Part shown: positions 47,653 to 57,997 of the stretch, one piece after another
Layout of the letters: every line of letters starts with the position of its first letter
Numbering within the stretch: position 1 is the stretch's first letter
NCBI GenBank assembly: GCA_051418015.1
Contig: JBPRGF010000033.1
Span: forward strand, 96,001 to 160,000
DNA: 64,000 nt
Reading direction: 5' to 3'
From: Candidatus Nitrospinota bacterium M3_3B_026
GTDB taxonomy: Bacteria > Nitrospinota_A > UBA7883 > JBPRGF01
Position numbers and translations under genes: made by a program
Notes under the pieces: model-generated
The model's input: the letters and a program-made list of their open reading frames with translations, nothing else
What the model was told of the DNA's origin: nothing
Databases searched by the model: none

Positions 47653-48213
47653 GTGAGATATTGCGAGAGCCTCGGCGCCCTCAAGCCGCGGTCAGGCGTA
47701 GCCAGGGCGCTGGCGCGCGCGCTGGCGGGTCTTTTTGTGCTGTTCGCCGCTTTCGTCACGTTCTTTTATTTCGGGCCCGTATACTCTCTCACCGCCTACG
47801 CTCCGGAGCAGCCGATACCATACTCGCACAAGCTGCACGCGGGCGATCTTGGCATACCGTGCCAGTACTGCCACACCTACGCCAGGAGGTCGGAGATGGC
47901 CGGCGTGCCGTCGGTGGCCAAGTGCATGAACTGCCATTCGAACATCACCTCCGATACGGAGGCGATCGCGAGGTTGACGGATCATTTCGAAAAAGGGACG
48001 CCGGTGGCCTGGACGAGGGTCTACAACCTCCCGGACCACGTCTGGTTCAATCACAAGAGGCACGTAAAGAAAGACATAGAGTGCCAGAAGTGCCATGGCG
48101 CCGTCGAGACGCTGGAGGTGAACGCGCGGGTGAACGATTTCAAGATGGGTTTTTGCCTGGACTGCCACCAGGCAGAGGGCGCGCCGACGGACTGCTGGAC
48201 GTGCCACACGTGA
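47653..48213 (+). CDS. actA: Alternative complex III pentaheme cytochrome ActA-like
   Basis: TM, PEQPIPYSHKLHAG, CQYCH, CMNCH, LPDHVWFNH, CQKCH, MGFCLDCH, CWTCH. Confidence 0.85.
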   Translation: MRYCESLGALKPRSGVARALARALAGLFVLFAAFVTFFYFGPVYSLTAYAPEQPIPYSHKLHAGDLGIPCQYCHTYARRSEMAGVPSVAKCMNCHSNITSDTEAIARLTDHFEKGTPVAWTRVYNLPDHVWFNHKRHVKKDIECQKCHGAVETLEVNARVNDFKMGFCLDCHQAEGAPTDCWTCHT

Positions 48214-48245
48214 GTTTGCGGGAAGATCGGGGACGATGTTGAAGA

Positions 48246-50405
48246 ATGGATAGACGAACGTTTCTGAAATTCGGCGGGGCCGCGGCGGCGGCTGGGCTTA
48301 CAGGCTCCTGCGGCCAGGTTGCGCAAAAGATAATCCCTTACGTCATTCCCCCCGACGAGGGGATAAACCCCGTGGAGGGGTGGTACTTCAACACCGCCTG
48401 CGGAATGTGCGGCCAGGGGTGCGGGGTCATGATCCGCGTGGTGGAGGGGAGGGCGAAGAAGGTGGAGGGAAACCCGGCTCACCCGATGAACAGGGGCGGC
48501 GTCTGCGCCATGGGCCAGGCCGCCGTCCAGCAGGTATACCATCCCGAAAGGATACAGAAACCCCTCAGGCGCAAGGGCGGCAAAGGGATGAACAGCTTCG
48601 AGCCGATATCGTGGGACGACGCGTTCTCCATCCTCGCCGAGAAGATGAAAAAGGCTGCGGGAGGGAAGGTTTTCGTGATCGCCGATGATGGCTCCGGCGC
48701 TCCAGCCGCCGTCGCTTCGCGGTTTCTGGAGAGCGCCGGGTCGCGGGATTTCATAGTCCCGGACATGCGCGGCGGTGTCTCTTTCCCCACACCGGACATA
48801 TCGGACGCCGCCGTGGCGATGCTTTTCGGCGCGGATATCCTGGAAAGCGGCTTCCCCAGCGTCAACTACGGGTTCCAGTTCGGCGCGATGAGGAGAGGCA
48901 GCCCGGTTCGCCGTGGAATGATGATCTACGCCGGGCCGAGGATGTCGATGACCGCCGCGTCGGCTGACCGTTTCATCGCGGCGCGTCCGGGGACGCTGGG
49001 GACGCTGGCGCTCGGCGTTCTTGGCGAGGCGGCGGGGGAGGCCGGGCGGAGGGGGGTGCTGGACGCCGATGATGTTGCCCTTTACGGGCGGCTTGGCATG
49101 ACGGCGCTTGAGGCGGCCGCGAAGACGGGTGTCCCCGCTGAGAGGATAAAAGAGGCCGCGCGTCTTCTGGTGGAGAACCCGCCGGCCTTCGCCATACCGG
49201 GCGACGACGTCGCCTTTCATTCAAACGGCCTCGCGTCGGTGAGGGCTGTGGAGGCTCTGGACTTGCTGCTGTCACGGCTGGGCGGGGCGAGAAGGCGCGC
49301 CGTGGCCGCGCCTCCGCGTGACGGAGGACTGTATGAAGACCTCAAAAAATTCCTCGGCGTACCGCCGGACGCGCAGGACCCTGGGAAGCTGCGCGCTGTC
49401 ATTGGGAAAATGATGGACGGCGGGATGGAGCTTGGGATCGTGATGGGCGCGAACCCGGTCCACGGCCTCCCCCCTTCTCTGAAGATGGCCGAGGCGCTTT
49501 CGAAGACCGGTTTCATGGCGGCGACGGGGCTGTTCCTGAACGACACGACCCGCTACGCCGATCTTGTTTTCCCGGAGAGTCATTTCCTGGAGTCGTGGTC
49601 GGCGTCGATCTTCCGGTCGCCCCAGGGCGAGGAGGGGATAACCACCCGCCAGCCGGTCATGCGGCCCCTTTACGACACGATGGCCGCGGGGGACATCATC
49701 GCCAGGGCGGCGGCCGTGGCCGGGCTGGACGCGGGCGAAGGGCAGGAGGAGGCGGTTCGGAGTATGGTACGAAGCCTCAGGCCCCGCCTGCCGGTGGAGC
49801 TTGCGTCCATGAGCGACAAGAAAATATGGGAGCGCATGCTCCAGGACGGCGGCTGGCGCCAGCGCTGGGACGAAGGCCCGGGCGGGGACGCAAAGCCGCC
49901 GGAGCGGATAGAGATCGAGGCCCCCGCGTTCTCCGGCGGCGGGGAGTTCCACCTGATCCCGTACCACACCATAGCCGTGGGCGGCGGCGGCGCGGCGAAC
50001 CTGCCGTGGATCCTTGAAAAGCCCGACCCGATGACGACGCTGATGTGGGGCTCGTGGGTGGAGATCAACCCGAAGACCGCCGCGCGGCTCGGCGTGGACA
50101 ACGGCGACGTGGTGAGGGTGGAGTCGCCCCACGGCTTTATCGAGGCGCCGGTTTATATCTATCCCGGCATCGCGCCCGAAGCCGCGGCCCTGCCGTTTGG
50201 CTACGGGCACGAGTCCTACGGGAAATACGCAAGCGGCCGGGGCGCGAACGCAATGCGGCTTCTGGGTGATTTTTTCGTCGAAGGCTCGAGGACGCCCGCC
50301 TGGCGCGGGGTGAAGGTGAAGATCACCAGGACCGGCGGGAAGATCGGCCTGGCGCGGGAGGGTCATCCCGAGGGAGAGTACGAGGGTGAAGTCTTTCAAC
50401 TTTAA
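48246..50405 (+). CDS. ActB1/QrcB-like molybdopterin-oxidoreductase-fold subunit
   Basis: Tat signal MDRRTFLK, C-x2-C-x3-C...C, EGNPAHP, PISWDDA, HFLESW, PDPMT..WGSWVEINP. Confidence 0.85.
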   Translation: MDRRTFLKFGGAAAAAGLTGSCGQVAQKIIPYVIPPDEGINPVEGWYFNTACGMCGQGCGVMIRVVEGRAKKVEGNPAHPMNRGGVCAMGQAAVQQVYHPERIQKPLRRKGGKGMNSFEPISWDDAFSILAEKMKKAAGGKVFVIADDGSGAPAAVASRFLESAGSRDFIVPDMRGGVSFPTPDISDAAVAMLFGADILESGFPSVNYGFQFGAMRRGSPVRRGMMIYAGPRMSMTAASADRFIAARPGTLGTLALGVLGEAAGEAGRRGVLDADDVALYGRLGMTALEAAAKTGVPAERIKEAARLLVENPPAFAIPGDDVAFHSNGLASVRAVEALDLLLSRLGGARRRAVAAPPRDGGLYEDLKKFLGVPPDAQDPGKLRAVIGKMMDGGMELGIVMGANPVHGLPPSLKMAEALSKTGFMAATGLFLNDTTRYADLVFPESHFLESWSASIFRSPQGEEGITTRQPVMRPLYDTMAAGDIIARAAAVAGLDAGEGQEEAVRSMVRSLRPRLPVELASMSDKKIWERMLQDGGWRQRWDEGPGGDAKPPERIEIEAPAFSGGGEFHLIPYHTIAVGGGGAANLPWILEKPDPMTTLMWGSWVEINPKTAARLGVDNGDVVRVESPHGFIEAPVYIYPGIAPEAAALPFGYGHESYGKYASGRGANAMRLLGDFFVEGSRTPAWRGVKVKITRTGGKIGLAREGHPEGEYEGEVFQL

Positions 50406-51099
50406 ACACGACAACGACCACAAGTGGGTCATGGTCATAGACCTCGACCGCTGCGACGGTTGCGGCGCGTGCGTCGTCGCCTGCCAGGCGGAGAACAACG
50501 TCGCCGTGGTGGGCGATGAGCTTGTGAAACAGGATCGCTCCATGTCGTGGCTGCGGATAGAGCGCTACTTCGAGGGGGAGTGGCCGGACCTGCGGGTCGT
50601 CTTCCTGCCGATGCTCTGCCAGCAGTGCGATCACGCCCCCTGTGAGCCCGTCTGCCCTACTTTCGCCACGTACCACAACCCCGAGGGGCTGAACGCCATG
50701 ATCTACAACCGGTGCATCGGCACAAGGTTCTGCGGCAACAACTGCCCCTATGGCGTCCGCAAGTTCAACTGGCTCGAATACCCGATCGAGAAACCCCTGG
50801 AGGAGCAGCTCAACCCCGACGTCTCCGTCCGCGAGAAGGGGGTGATGGAGAAGTGCACCTTCTGTATGCAGAGGATCAGGAGGGCCAAGGACAGGGCAAA
50901 GGATGAAGGGAGGAAGGTAAAAGACGGCGAGGCGACCCCCGCCTGCGCCCAGACCTGCCCCACGAACGCGATAGCCTTCGGCGACGTCAACGACCCCGAA
51001 AGCAGGGTGGCCCTCCTCTCCAAAAGCAAAAGGAGGCACAGGCTACTAGAGGAGCATGGGACACACCCCTCCGTGATCTACCTGAAGGGAGGAGCGTAA
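50386..51099 (+). CDS. ActB2/QrcC-like iron-sulfur subunit
   Basis: CDGCGACVVAC, CQQC..APCEPVCP, CIGTRFCGNNCPY, GVMEKCTFC, CAQTCP. Confidence 0.92.
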   Translation: MKSFNFKHDNDHKWVMVIDLDRCDGCGACVVACQAENNVAVVGDELVKQDRSMSWLRIERYFEGEWPDLRVVFLPMLCQQCDHAPCEPVCPTFATYHNPEGLNAMIYNRCIGTRFCGNNCPYGVRKFNWLEYPIEKPLEEQLNPDVSVREKGVMEKCTFCMQRIRRAKDRAKDEGRKVKDGEATPACAQTCPTNAIAFGDVNDPESRVALLSKSKRRHRLLEEHGTHPSVIYLKGGA

Positions 51100-51102
51100 A
51101 GA

Positions 51103-52569
51103 ATGGCCGCGGGCGACGAGGATAGGAAAAAGGGCGGCGACAGCCTGCCGAGCTTCGAGCAACTGCGGGAGGCCGCCGCCCGGCGCAAGATCGAGGCGGG
51201 GCAGGACATAGACCTGACCATGCCCGAGACGTGGCTCAACCAGTACGCCTTGAGCCCGATGTTCTACACCACGCCAGCCTATTTCATATTCACGATAGCG
51301 CTCGCCTCGGTGGCGGCGTGGGGGCTTGTCTGCTGGGGCTACCAGATAGTCTACGGCATGGGCGTCACGGACCTTAAAAGCCCTGTCTTCTGGGGGATGT
51401 ATATAGCCACCTTCGTCTTCTGGGTGGGGCTGAGCCATTCAGGGACGATGGTCTCCAGCATTCTAAGACTCGTCAAGGCGAACTGGCGCAGGCCCATCCT
51501 GCGCGGCGCGGAGGCCATGACGGCCTTCTCGCTGATGGTGGCGGGGCTCTTCCCGCTGATACACATCGGGCGGATATGGCGGGTCTACTACATGTTTCCC
51601 CTGCCGAACCAGCGGGAGCTTTGGCCGAACTTCCGCAGCCCGCTGGCCTGGGACATGACGGCGATATTCGTCTACCTGACGGCGTCGATGATATTCCTCT
51701 ACGTGGGTCTTTTGCCGGACATAGCCCTGGCCCGCGACCTTTGCCCGAAAAACTACTGGAAGAAAGGCTATCTCAACTTCCTGTCGCTCGGCTGGCGTGG
51801 GACGCACAGGCAGTGGATGGTCTACGAGAAGGCGTCTATCTTTCTTGCGATCTTCGTCCTGATGATCGCGCCGTCGGTGCATACCATCGTCTCCTGGGAC
51901 TTCGCCATGAGCATAACGCCCGGCTGGCACACGTCGATATTCGGCCCCTACTTCGTCGTGGGGGCCATCTACTCCGGCGTGGCTGGCGTGATAACCCTGA
52001 TGGTGATCCTGCGCTGGGTCTTCGACCTGGACGAGATCATAAGGTGGGTGCACCTTTCGAACCTTGCGAAGATGCTTCTTCTGATGTCGCTGATATGGAG
52101 CTACTTTTACTTCACCGAGTTCCTGACGGCCTGGTACGCCCACAACCCGGTGGAGTTCGGCGTCTGGGAGTACCAGGGGGAGCGGTTTTTGAGCCTGATG
52201 CTTACCATGTTGCTGTCGCCGGTCTTCGCCATCGTCGTCCTGTCGTTTTCCAGGGCCAGGAGGAGCCCGCTGATGCTCTTCATCGTCTCCATATACATTA
52301 ATGTCGCCATGTACATAGAGCGCTACCTGATCGTTGTCCCGCCGCTCTCCCACCGTGACAATCCCTTCACATGGACGGATTATTTCCCGTCGGTGGTGGA
52401 GATATCGATAGCCTTCGGGGCGCTGGCCTATTTCCTTTTGCTCTACGCCATATTCTCAAAACTCCTGCCGATAGTGACCGTCGCGGACATAAGGGAGGGG
52501 AAGGTGATAACCGGCGACATGAGGATAGGCAACGCCTACGTCCGCGTGCGCGCGGCGGTGGAGGAATAG
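51103..52569 (+). CDS. actC: ActC (NrfD/PsrC family) quinol-binding membrane subunit
   Basis: WGMYIATFVFWVG, AEAMT, PNFRSPLAWD, SVHTIVSWDFA, PGWHTSIFGPYFV, ERY. Confidence 0.9.
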   Translation: MAAGDEDRKKGGDSLPSFEQLREAAARRKIEAGQDIDLTMPETWLNQYALSPMFYTTPAYFIFTIALASVAAWGLVCWGYQIVYGMGVTDLKSPVFWGMYIATFVFWVGLSHSGTMVSSILRLVKANWRRPILRGAEAMTAFSLMVAGLFPLIHIGRIWRVYYMFPLPNQRELWPNFRSPLAWDMTAIFVYLTASMIFLYVGLLPDIALARDLCPKNYWKKGYLNFLSLGWRGTHRQWMVYEKASIFLAIFVLMIAPSVHTIVSWDFAMSITPGWHTSIFGPYFVVGAIYSGVAGVITLMVILRWVFDLDEIIRWVHLSNLAKMLLLMSLIWSYFYFTEFLTAWYAHNPVEFGVWEYQGERFLSLMLTMLLSPVFAIVVLSFSRARRSPLMLFIVSIYINVAMYIERYLIVVPPLSHRDNPFTWTDYFPSVVEISIAFGALAYFLLLYAIFSKLLPIVTVADIREGKVITGDMRIGNAYVRVRAAVEE

Positions 52570-52572
52570 CCG

Positions 52573-53091
52573 ATGAGCCAGGTTATATTCGGCCTGTTCG
52601 AGCATATAGAGGAGACCGCCAGGACCGTCGCCCCGCTGGAAGAGATACCGGTCTCCCGCGAGAGCATAAACCTCGTCTCCGTCGCGCCCTATCCCAACGG
52701 GACTCTTTTCGAGGACGAGGCGGGGGGGTGGCTGTGGCTTTTCGCGCTGATCGGGGGAGTTCTGGGTTTTTTGCTGGGCGTGGCCCTCGCCGGGGGGACG
52801 CAGGCGCTGATGAACCTCGATGTCGGCGGCAAGCCGCCGGTCTCCTTCCCGGTGATGGGGGTGATTTGCTACGAGACGACCCTGCTTGGCGTCGTCCTGG
52901 GGGTTTTCATCGGGATGCTGTGGATGACGGGCCTGCCGGACTGGACGGATCACGTCTACGACCCGGAGATCAGCCGCGGCAAGGTGGGCCTGCTGGTATG
53001 CTGCCGCGACGAGGAGCAGGCGGAGCGCGTGGAGGCGATCATGAAAGAGCATGGCGCCGTCAGGGTCAAGAAAGGCGAGGAGGAGCTTTGA
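52573..53091 (+). CDS. actD: ActD (DUF3341) membrane subunit
   Basis: PYP, two TM, VGGKP, YETTLL, YDP. Confidence 0.85.
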   Translation: MSQVIFGLFEHIEETARTVAPLEEIPVSRESINLVSVAPYPNGTLFEDEAGGWLWLFALIGGVLGFLLGVALAGGTQALMNLDVGGKPPVSFPVMGVICYETTLLGVVLGVFIGMLWMTGLPDWTDHVYDPEISRGKVGLLVCCRDEEQAERVEAIMKEHGAVRVKKGEEEL

Positions 53092-53591
53092 GACGGAAAG
53101 CCATCGCCGCCGCGCTCATGGCGATCGTCTTCGCCGCCGCCGGGTGTGAGAACGTGGATAGGGATATGCACGACCAGCCCTCCTACAGGGTCCAGGAGGC
53201 GCCGCGCAGGACTATCCCCGAGGGGGCCGTGCCAGTCTCGGGCTTGCCGGCCGACTACAGCGGCGTCGACGGGGCGACGCTCGCCGCGCCCTTCCCCCTG
53301 GACGGCAAAGCGGCGGCGAAAGGCGAAAAGCTTTACGGAACGTATTGCGCCGTCTGCCACGGCGAGGACGGGACGTCCCGCACTCAGGTGGCGGACAAGA
53401 TGGACGCCCGGCCCTTTTCGCTTGTCGAGGAGAGCGCCATGGCGCTCACCGACGGTGAAATTTTCGTGAAGATACTGGAAAGTGACACGCTCATGCCCAA
53501 CTACAGGAACGAGCTTTCCGACGGGGAGGCATGGGAGATAACGGCGTTCGTGAGAAAACTGCAACAAGACTCCATACAGTCGGGAGGGTGA
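53088..53591 (+). CDS. actE: ActE-like monoheme cytochrome c lipoprotein
   Basis: TTG overlapping the actD stop; lipobox AAGC; DMHDQP, PEGAVP, CAVCH, DGEIF, MPNY. Confidence 0.85.
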   Translation: MRRKAIAAALMAIVFAAAGCENVDRDMHDQPSYRVQEAPRRTIPEGAVPVSGLPADYSGVDGATLAAPFPLDGKAAAKGEKLYGTYCAVCHGEDGTSRTQVADKMDARPFSLVEESAMALTDGEIFVKILESDTLMPNYRNELSDGEAWEITAFVRKLQQDSIQSGG

Positions 53592-53596
53592 GGATC

Positions 53597-54298
53597 ATGA
53601 GGTTTCCGGTCTGCTATCGGCTATTTTTCCGGCGCTCTCTCGCGGCGCCGGTCTTGTCCGCGCTGGCGTTCGCCGTCTTGTACATGACGGCTCCATCCCA
53701 GGCCCAGGCGGGGCCGGACCCGAGAATAGGACACCATCTGTACCGCTCGTACTGCTACGTCTGCCACGGCCCGGAGGGGAGAAACTCCGGCCCCCTTGCC
53801 CGCAAGATGGGCCTGGGGCCGGCGGACCTGACGTCGAAGCGATACCAGCGGATGAGCGTCGGGAAGCTGGCGGGCCTTATCGCGGGCTACTCAAGGGACA
53901 AAGACTCGAAAATGCCGAAATGGGGCGAGGCGCTGCCGGAGGCGAACATCGAGCACTTGGCCGCCTATATCCTCCAGATCGACAGAGAGGATATCCTCAC
54001 GAGGGGGGACGTCAGGCGGGGACGGGACACCTTCAACAAATCGTGCGTCGCGTGCCACGGGACGAGAGGCGAGGGCGACGGTGTCCTGGCGGTCCTCATA
54101 GGCATCCCCATGGTCGATTTCACCGACGGGGAAAAAATGAAAGCCGTCAGCGGTAAGGCGCTGGTCAGGTCCATCAGCCAGGGCAAGGGCGAATACATGC
54201 CTTCCTGGGCAGGGATATTGAGCGACATGGAGATCGTCGACGTCGCCGCATACGTCAAAAGCCTTGGCGGACAGCCGCTGAAAAAAACTACGCGCTGA
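53597..54298 (+). CDS. Diheme class I cytochrome c
   Basis: Signal peptide; CYVCH...MPKW and CVACH...MPSW domains. Confidence 0.88.
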   Translation: MRFPVCYRLFFRRSLAAPVLSALAFAVLYMTAPSQAQAGPDPRIGHHLYRSYCYVCHGPEGRNSGPLARKMGLGPADLTSKRYQRMSVGKLAGLIAGYSRDKDSKMPKWGEALPEANIEHLAAYILQIDREDILTRGDVRRGRDTFNKSCVACHGTRGEGDGVLAVLIGIPMVDFTDGEKMKAVSGKALVRSISQGKGEYMPSWAGILSDMEIVDVAAYVKSLGGQPLKKTTR

Positions 54299-54418
54299 GC
54301 GGCGCGAGACGTTACTCTCCCTTTCCCGTCGGCGGTACAGTCTCCATCCATATCCAGCCTTGGTTCGTTCGCCCCCTCTTTATACTCAATCTAAAATATG
54401 AAATATAACGATACATTA

Positions 54419-54447
54419 TTGACAAGGGCTTCTGGATAAGATATGAT
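54419..54447 (+). promoter_or_regulatory. Sigma-70 promoter
   Basis: TTGACA-N17-TATGAT with AT-rich upstream tract. Confidence 0.75.
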
Positions 54448-54519
54448 TTGTTACATCTTCTGGTTGAGGGGGGAATCGGGAGATAGCTGGAGCGCCACTA
54501 GCAATGAGGGGGTTGTAAC

Positions 54520-57237
54520 TTGTTTTTTCACTCCAGGTGTGTGCCCGCGGCTGTAATCGCCTCTTTTCCCTTCCTGTTTTTCATGCTTTTTGCGTCCATG
54601 GGTTGCGGCTCGGATCCGTCGGCGGACGGCGGGGCCTCTTTGGAGGAGTCCGGCGCTGTGTCAGGACGGGTGGTGAAAGGCCCCGTGGAGGGAGGCTCTG
54701 TCCTTGTCTACAGCCTGGGCGCGGACGGCGGGAGATTGGAGGTTCTGGCGGAGGTAGTGACGGGCGCGGGCGGCGTCTTTTCGTTGGATGAGGATTTCCC
54801 CTTCCCAGTGGAGGCGGTCGTCACCGGCGGAAGCTACGTGGACGAGGCGACGGGCGTCATCGTGGACATGACCGGGATGGAGATGAACGCCTTTCTCCCC
54901 GCGGGTCTGCGAAAAGGCGATACAGTGACGGTAAGCCCCGTGACGGCCATGGCCGCAAGACAGGCGCGGCACAGGATATCCAACGGAGAAGAGGTGGGTG
55001 AGGCGGCTGAAAACGCCGCCGCGGACGTGGCCCGGCAGGTGGGGCTTGAGGGGATTGACATACTCCATACCACGCCCGCCGACCTTTCGGCTCCGGATGG
55101 CGCGGAAGGGGCCACGGACGCGGGGGTGCGATACGGGCTTGTCCTCGCGGCGCTCTCTCAATGCGCCATGGCGAACGGCCTGCCGCCGGACCAGACGCTC
55201 GCCATGATAGAAGGCATCGCCGCGGACATGGCGGACGGCGCTCTCGACGACCCTGCGAGCGCGGCCATGATCGCCGGACTCGGCCATCGGGCGGAGGATT
55301 TTCTCACGTCGCCGTTCAACTTGAGCGGAGTGGGGCCGGGCGGAGTGGTTATAACGCCTGATCCATCCCTTCCCGGCTCCGGGCATGACCCCGGCGCGCA
55401 AAACACTGACGATGACGGGTCAGAAAACACGGATGACGGGTCGGAAAACACGGATCAAGGGCCGGCCGACACCGACGGTGACGGTGTCTACGACGACTCC
55501 GACAACTGCCCGAGCGCGCCCAACGCCAGCCAGACCGATACCGACAGCGACGGGACGGGAGACGCCTGCGACGCGGACGATGACGGTGATGGTATACTCG
55601 ACGGCTCCGACAACTGTCCCCTTATCGTCAACCCATCACAGACGGACAGCGATGGCGACGGGACGGGCGACGCCTGTGATTCCGACACCGACGGCGACGG
55701 GATACCGGACGACTCCGACAACTGCCCGAGCGCGCCCAACGCCTCGCAGACCGACACCGATGGTGACGGCGCGGGAGACGCCTGCGACGCGGACGATGAC
55801 GGTGATGGTATACTCGACGGCTCCGACAACTGTCCCCTTATCGTCAACCCATCACAGACGGACAGCGATGGCGACGGGACAGGCGACGCCTGTGATTCCG
55901 ACACCGACGGCGACGGGATACCAGACGACTTCGACAACTGCCCGAACACATCCAACGCCAGCCAGGCCGACACCGACGGCGACGGAACGGGCGACGCCTG
56001 TGACTCCGACGACGATGGCGACGGCGTGGACGACGGATCCGACAATTGCCCCCTCGCCGCCAATCCATCGCAGACTGACACCGATGGTGACGGGACGGGC
56101 GACGCCTGCGACGCGGACGCCGACGGCGACGGGATACCGGATGGCTCCGATAACTGCCCGAACGACTCCAACCCCTCGCAGGCCGACACCGACGGCGACG
56201 GTATTGGTGACGCCTGCGACCCTGACGCCGACAACGACGGGATACCGGACGGCTCCGACAACTGCCCGAACACGTCGAACCCCGGCCAGGAAGATAACTA
56301 CGGCGGCCCAGACGGCGACGCCTGCGAGGACTCCGACACCGACGGCGTCTTCGACATCTCCGACAACTGCCCGGCCATGGCTAACGCGGATCAGACGGAC
56401 GCCGACAACGACGGGACGGGGGACGTCTGCGACGCCTGCGTTACTATCGCCGACATAACATTTCCTGATTCGGCTCTGGGAAACAGCGTGGTCGCCACCG
56501 CCGTCGGCAAGGGCTGGACTTGCGCCAGCGAGATGACGGAACTGCGAAATAGCCGGTCCAAGGGGATTAGCGATATTTCCGGCCTTGAAAGCTTCACGAA
56601 TATGCAGACGCTCTTTTTGGACAATAACAACATCTCTGACGTGTCGCCCCTCACCGGCCTCACCAGCCTTGAAACCCTCTACCTGGACAACAACGACATT
56701 GTGGACGTGTCGCCGCTCTCCGGCCTCACTAGCCTGCAGTCGCTGCAGTTGAAGTTCAATGACATCGTGGACTTATCGCCTCTTTCGGGCCTTACCAGTT
56801 TGACGTCGCTGAATTTGAGCAACAACTATCAGATAGTGGACGTATCGCCCCTCGCCGGCCTCACGGGCCTGGAGGATCTAGGTCTTAGGTACAACAGCAT
56901 CGTGGATGTATCGCCGCTCTCCGGCCTTGTGAATCTTTGGTATCTGAGCCTTGACCACAACAACATCGTGGACGTGTCGCCCCTCTCCGGACTCACCGGA
57001 TTGAATTACCTGTATCTTGCGTACAACGATATCGGCGGGCAGGGCGTGGGGAACGTGGACAGTCTCGTTACGCTTGTCAACGTTTGGGCGCCGTTTCAGC
57101 TTCAGGCCAATACCGGCATGTCATGCGCGGAGCTGACCACGCTGATAAACGCCCTCGGCTCGCCTCCGGTCGACACGGACGGCAACGCGGGCAATTCCGA
57201 CACGGCGCAGCCCGGCGTGAACTGCACGAACCCGTGA
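54520..57237 (+). CDS. Surface lipoprotein with thrombospondin type 3 repeats and internalin-like LRRs
   Basis: Lipobox-like SMGC; G.V.KGP..G N-domain; 9 DNCP...Q.D...DAC units; about 7 IVDVSPL.GL..L..L.L..N repeats. Confidence 0.85.
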   Translation: MFFHSRCVPAAVIASFPFLFFMLFASMGCGSDPSADGGASLEESGAVSGRVVKGPVEGGSVLVYSLGADGGRLEVLAEVVTGAGGVFSLDEDFPFPVEAVVTGGSYVDEATGVIVDMTGMEMNAFLPAGLRKGDTVTVSPVTAMAARQARHRISNGEEVGEAAENAAADVARQVGLEGIDILHTTPADLSAPDGAEGATDAGVRYGLVLAALSQCAMANGLPPDQTLAMIEGIAADMADGALDDPASAAMIAGLGHRAEDFLTSPFNLSGVGPGGVVITPDPSLPGSGHDPGAQNTDDDGSENTDDGSENTDQGPADTDGDGVYDDSDNCPSAPNASQTDTDSDGTGDACDADDDGDGILDGSDNCPLIVNPSQTDSDGDGTGDACDSDTDGDGIPDDSDNCPSAPNASQTDTDGDGAGDACDADDDGDGILDGSDNCPLIVNPSQTDSDGDGTGDACDSDTDGDGIPDDFDNCPNTSNASQADTDGDGTGDACDSDDDGDGVDDGSDNCPLAANPSQTDTDGDGTGDACDADADGDGIPDGSDNCPNDSNPSQADTDGDGIGDACDPDADNDGIPDGSDNCPNTSNPGQEDNYGGPDGDACEDSDTDGVFDISDNCPAMANADQTDADNDGTGDVCDACVTIADITFPDSALGNSVVATAVGKGWTCASEMTELRNSRSKGISDISGLESFTNMQTLFLDNNNISDVSPLTGLTSLETLYLDNNDIVDVSPLSGLTSLQSLQLKFNDIVDLSPLSGLTSLTSLNLSNNYQIVDVSPLAGLTGLEDLGLRYNSIVDVSPLSGLVNLWYLSLDHNNIVDVSPLSGLTGLNYLYLAYNDIGGQGVGNVDSLVTLVNVWAPFQLQANTGMSCAELTTLINALGSPPVDTDGNAGNSDTAQPGVNCTNP
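55468..55899 (+). repeat. Near-identical 216-bp tandem duplication inside the TSP3 array
   Basis: 55468-55683 vs 55684-55899 encode almost the same 72 aa with mostly shared codons. A 21-bp duplication lies at 55411-55452. Confidence 0.85.
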
Positions 57238-57345
57238 GGCGGCGCGGGTAGCGGCCGCATGGCGCGAGGCCGTCATGCGGCCATCGCGCGATCGCCCCCC
57301 GGCGTGTGTTATCCTTACCTTAAAAAAACTTCGAAAGAGCCATAC

Positions 57346-57987
57346 ATGACGCTGGAGATAGCGCGGGTCACCGTCGGCCCGCTGGAGGTTAACTGCTACG
57401 TCGCCGGATGCCCGGAGCACAAGGTGTGCGCGGTGATCGATCCGGGCGATTCTTCCAAGAGAGTTCTCGCCGAAGTGGAGAGCCGCGGCTGGGACGTGAA
57501 GTACATAATCAACACCCACGGCCACGCCGACCACATGGGCGCCAACGCGAAGATCAAGGAGGCCGCGGGCGCGCCCGTCCTCATCCACAAGGACGACGCC
57601 GCCATGGCCACGAGCGCCGAGATGCGCGACATGGCGGCCTACCTTGGCGTGGGGGCGCCGCCGGAGCCGGACAGGCTCATCGAGGACGGCGATGTCATCG
57701 AGCTTTGCCCGTGCGCAAGCTTCGAGGTGATCCACACGCCGGGCCATTCGCCGGGCGGGGTGTGCCTGCGCGCGGGAGACGTTCTTTTCACCGGGGACAC
57801 GCTTTTCAAGATGTCCATCGGCAGGTCCGACCTGCCGGGGGGCGACCAGGCGGAGCTCATGCGGTCGATAAAGCGGAAGATCCTTGCTCTCCCCGATGAT
57901 GTCTCGGTCTATCCCGGCCACGGCGAGGCGACGACCGTCGGCTTCGAGAAAAAGAGCAACCCTTTCCTCATCGGCGCCTTCGCCTGA
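57346..57987 (+). CDS. MBL-fold hydrolase (glyoxalase II/YcbL-like)
   Basis: NCY, IDPG, THGHADH, TPGHSPG, TGDTLF..SIGRSDL, YPGHG. Confidence 0.92.
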   Translation: MTLEIARVTVGPLEVNCYVAGCPEHKVCAVIDPGDSSKRVLAEVESRGWDVKYIINTHGHADHMGANAKIKEAAGAPVLIHKDDAAMATSAEMRDMAAYLGVGAPPEPDRLIEDGDVIELCPCASFEVIHTPGHSPGGVCLRAGDVLFTGDTLFKMSIGRSDLPGGDQAELMRSIKRKILALPDDVSVYPGHGEATTVGFEKKSNPFLIGAFA

Positions 57988-57997
57988 CACCGCGGCC

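Noticed and set aside
55385..56458. Repeats as a possible CRISPR array, or a Thr/Pro-rich alternative ORF
   Set aside because: The repeats are in-frame TSP3 coding units without unique spacers, and no cas genes are present; the alternative frames are by-products.
56560..57030. LRR variability as a diversity-generating retroelement target
   Set aside because: No reverse transcriptase or template repeat in the window, and differences between repeats are not confined to adenines.
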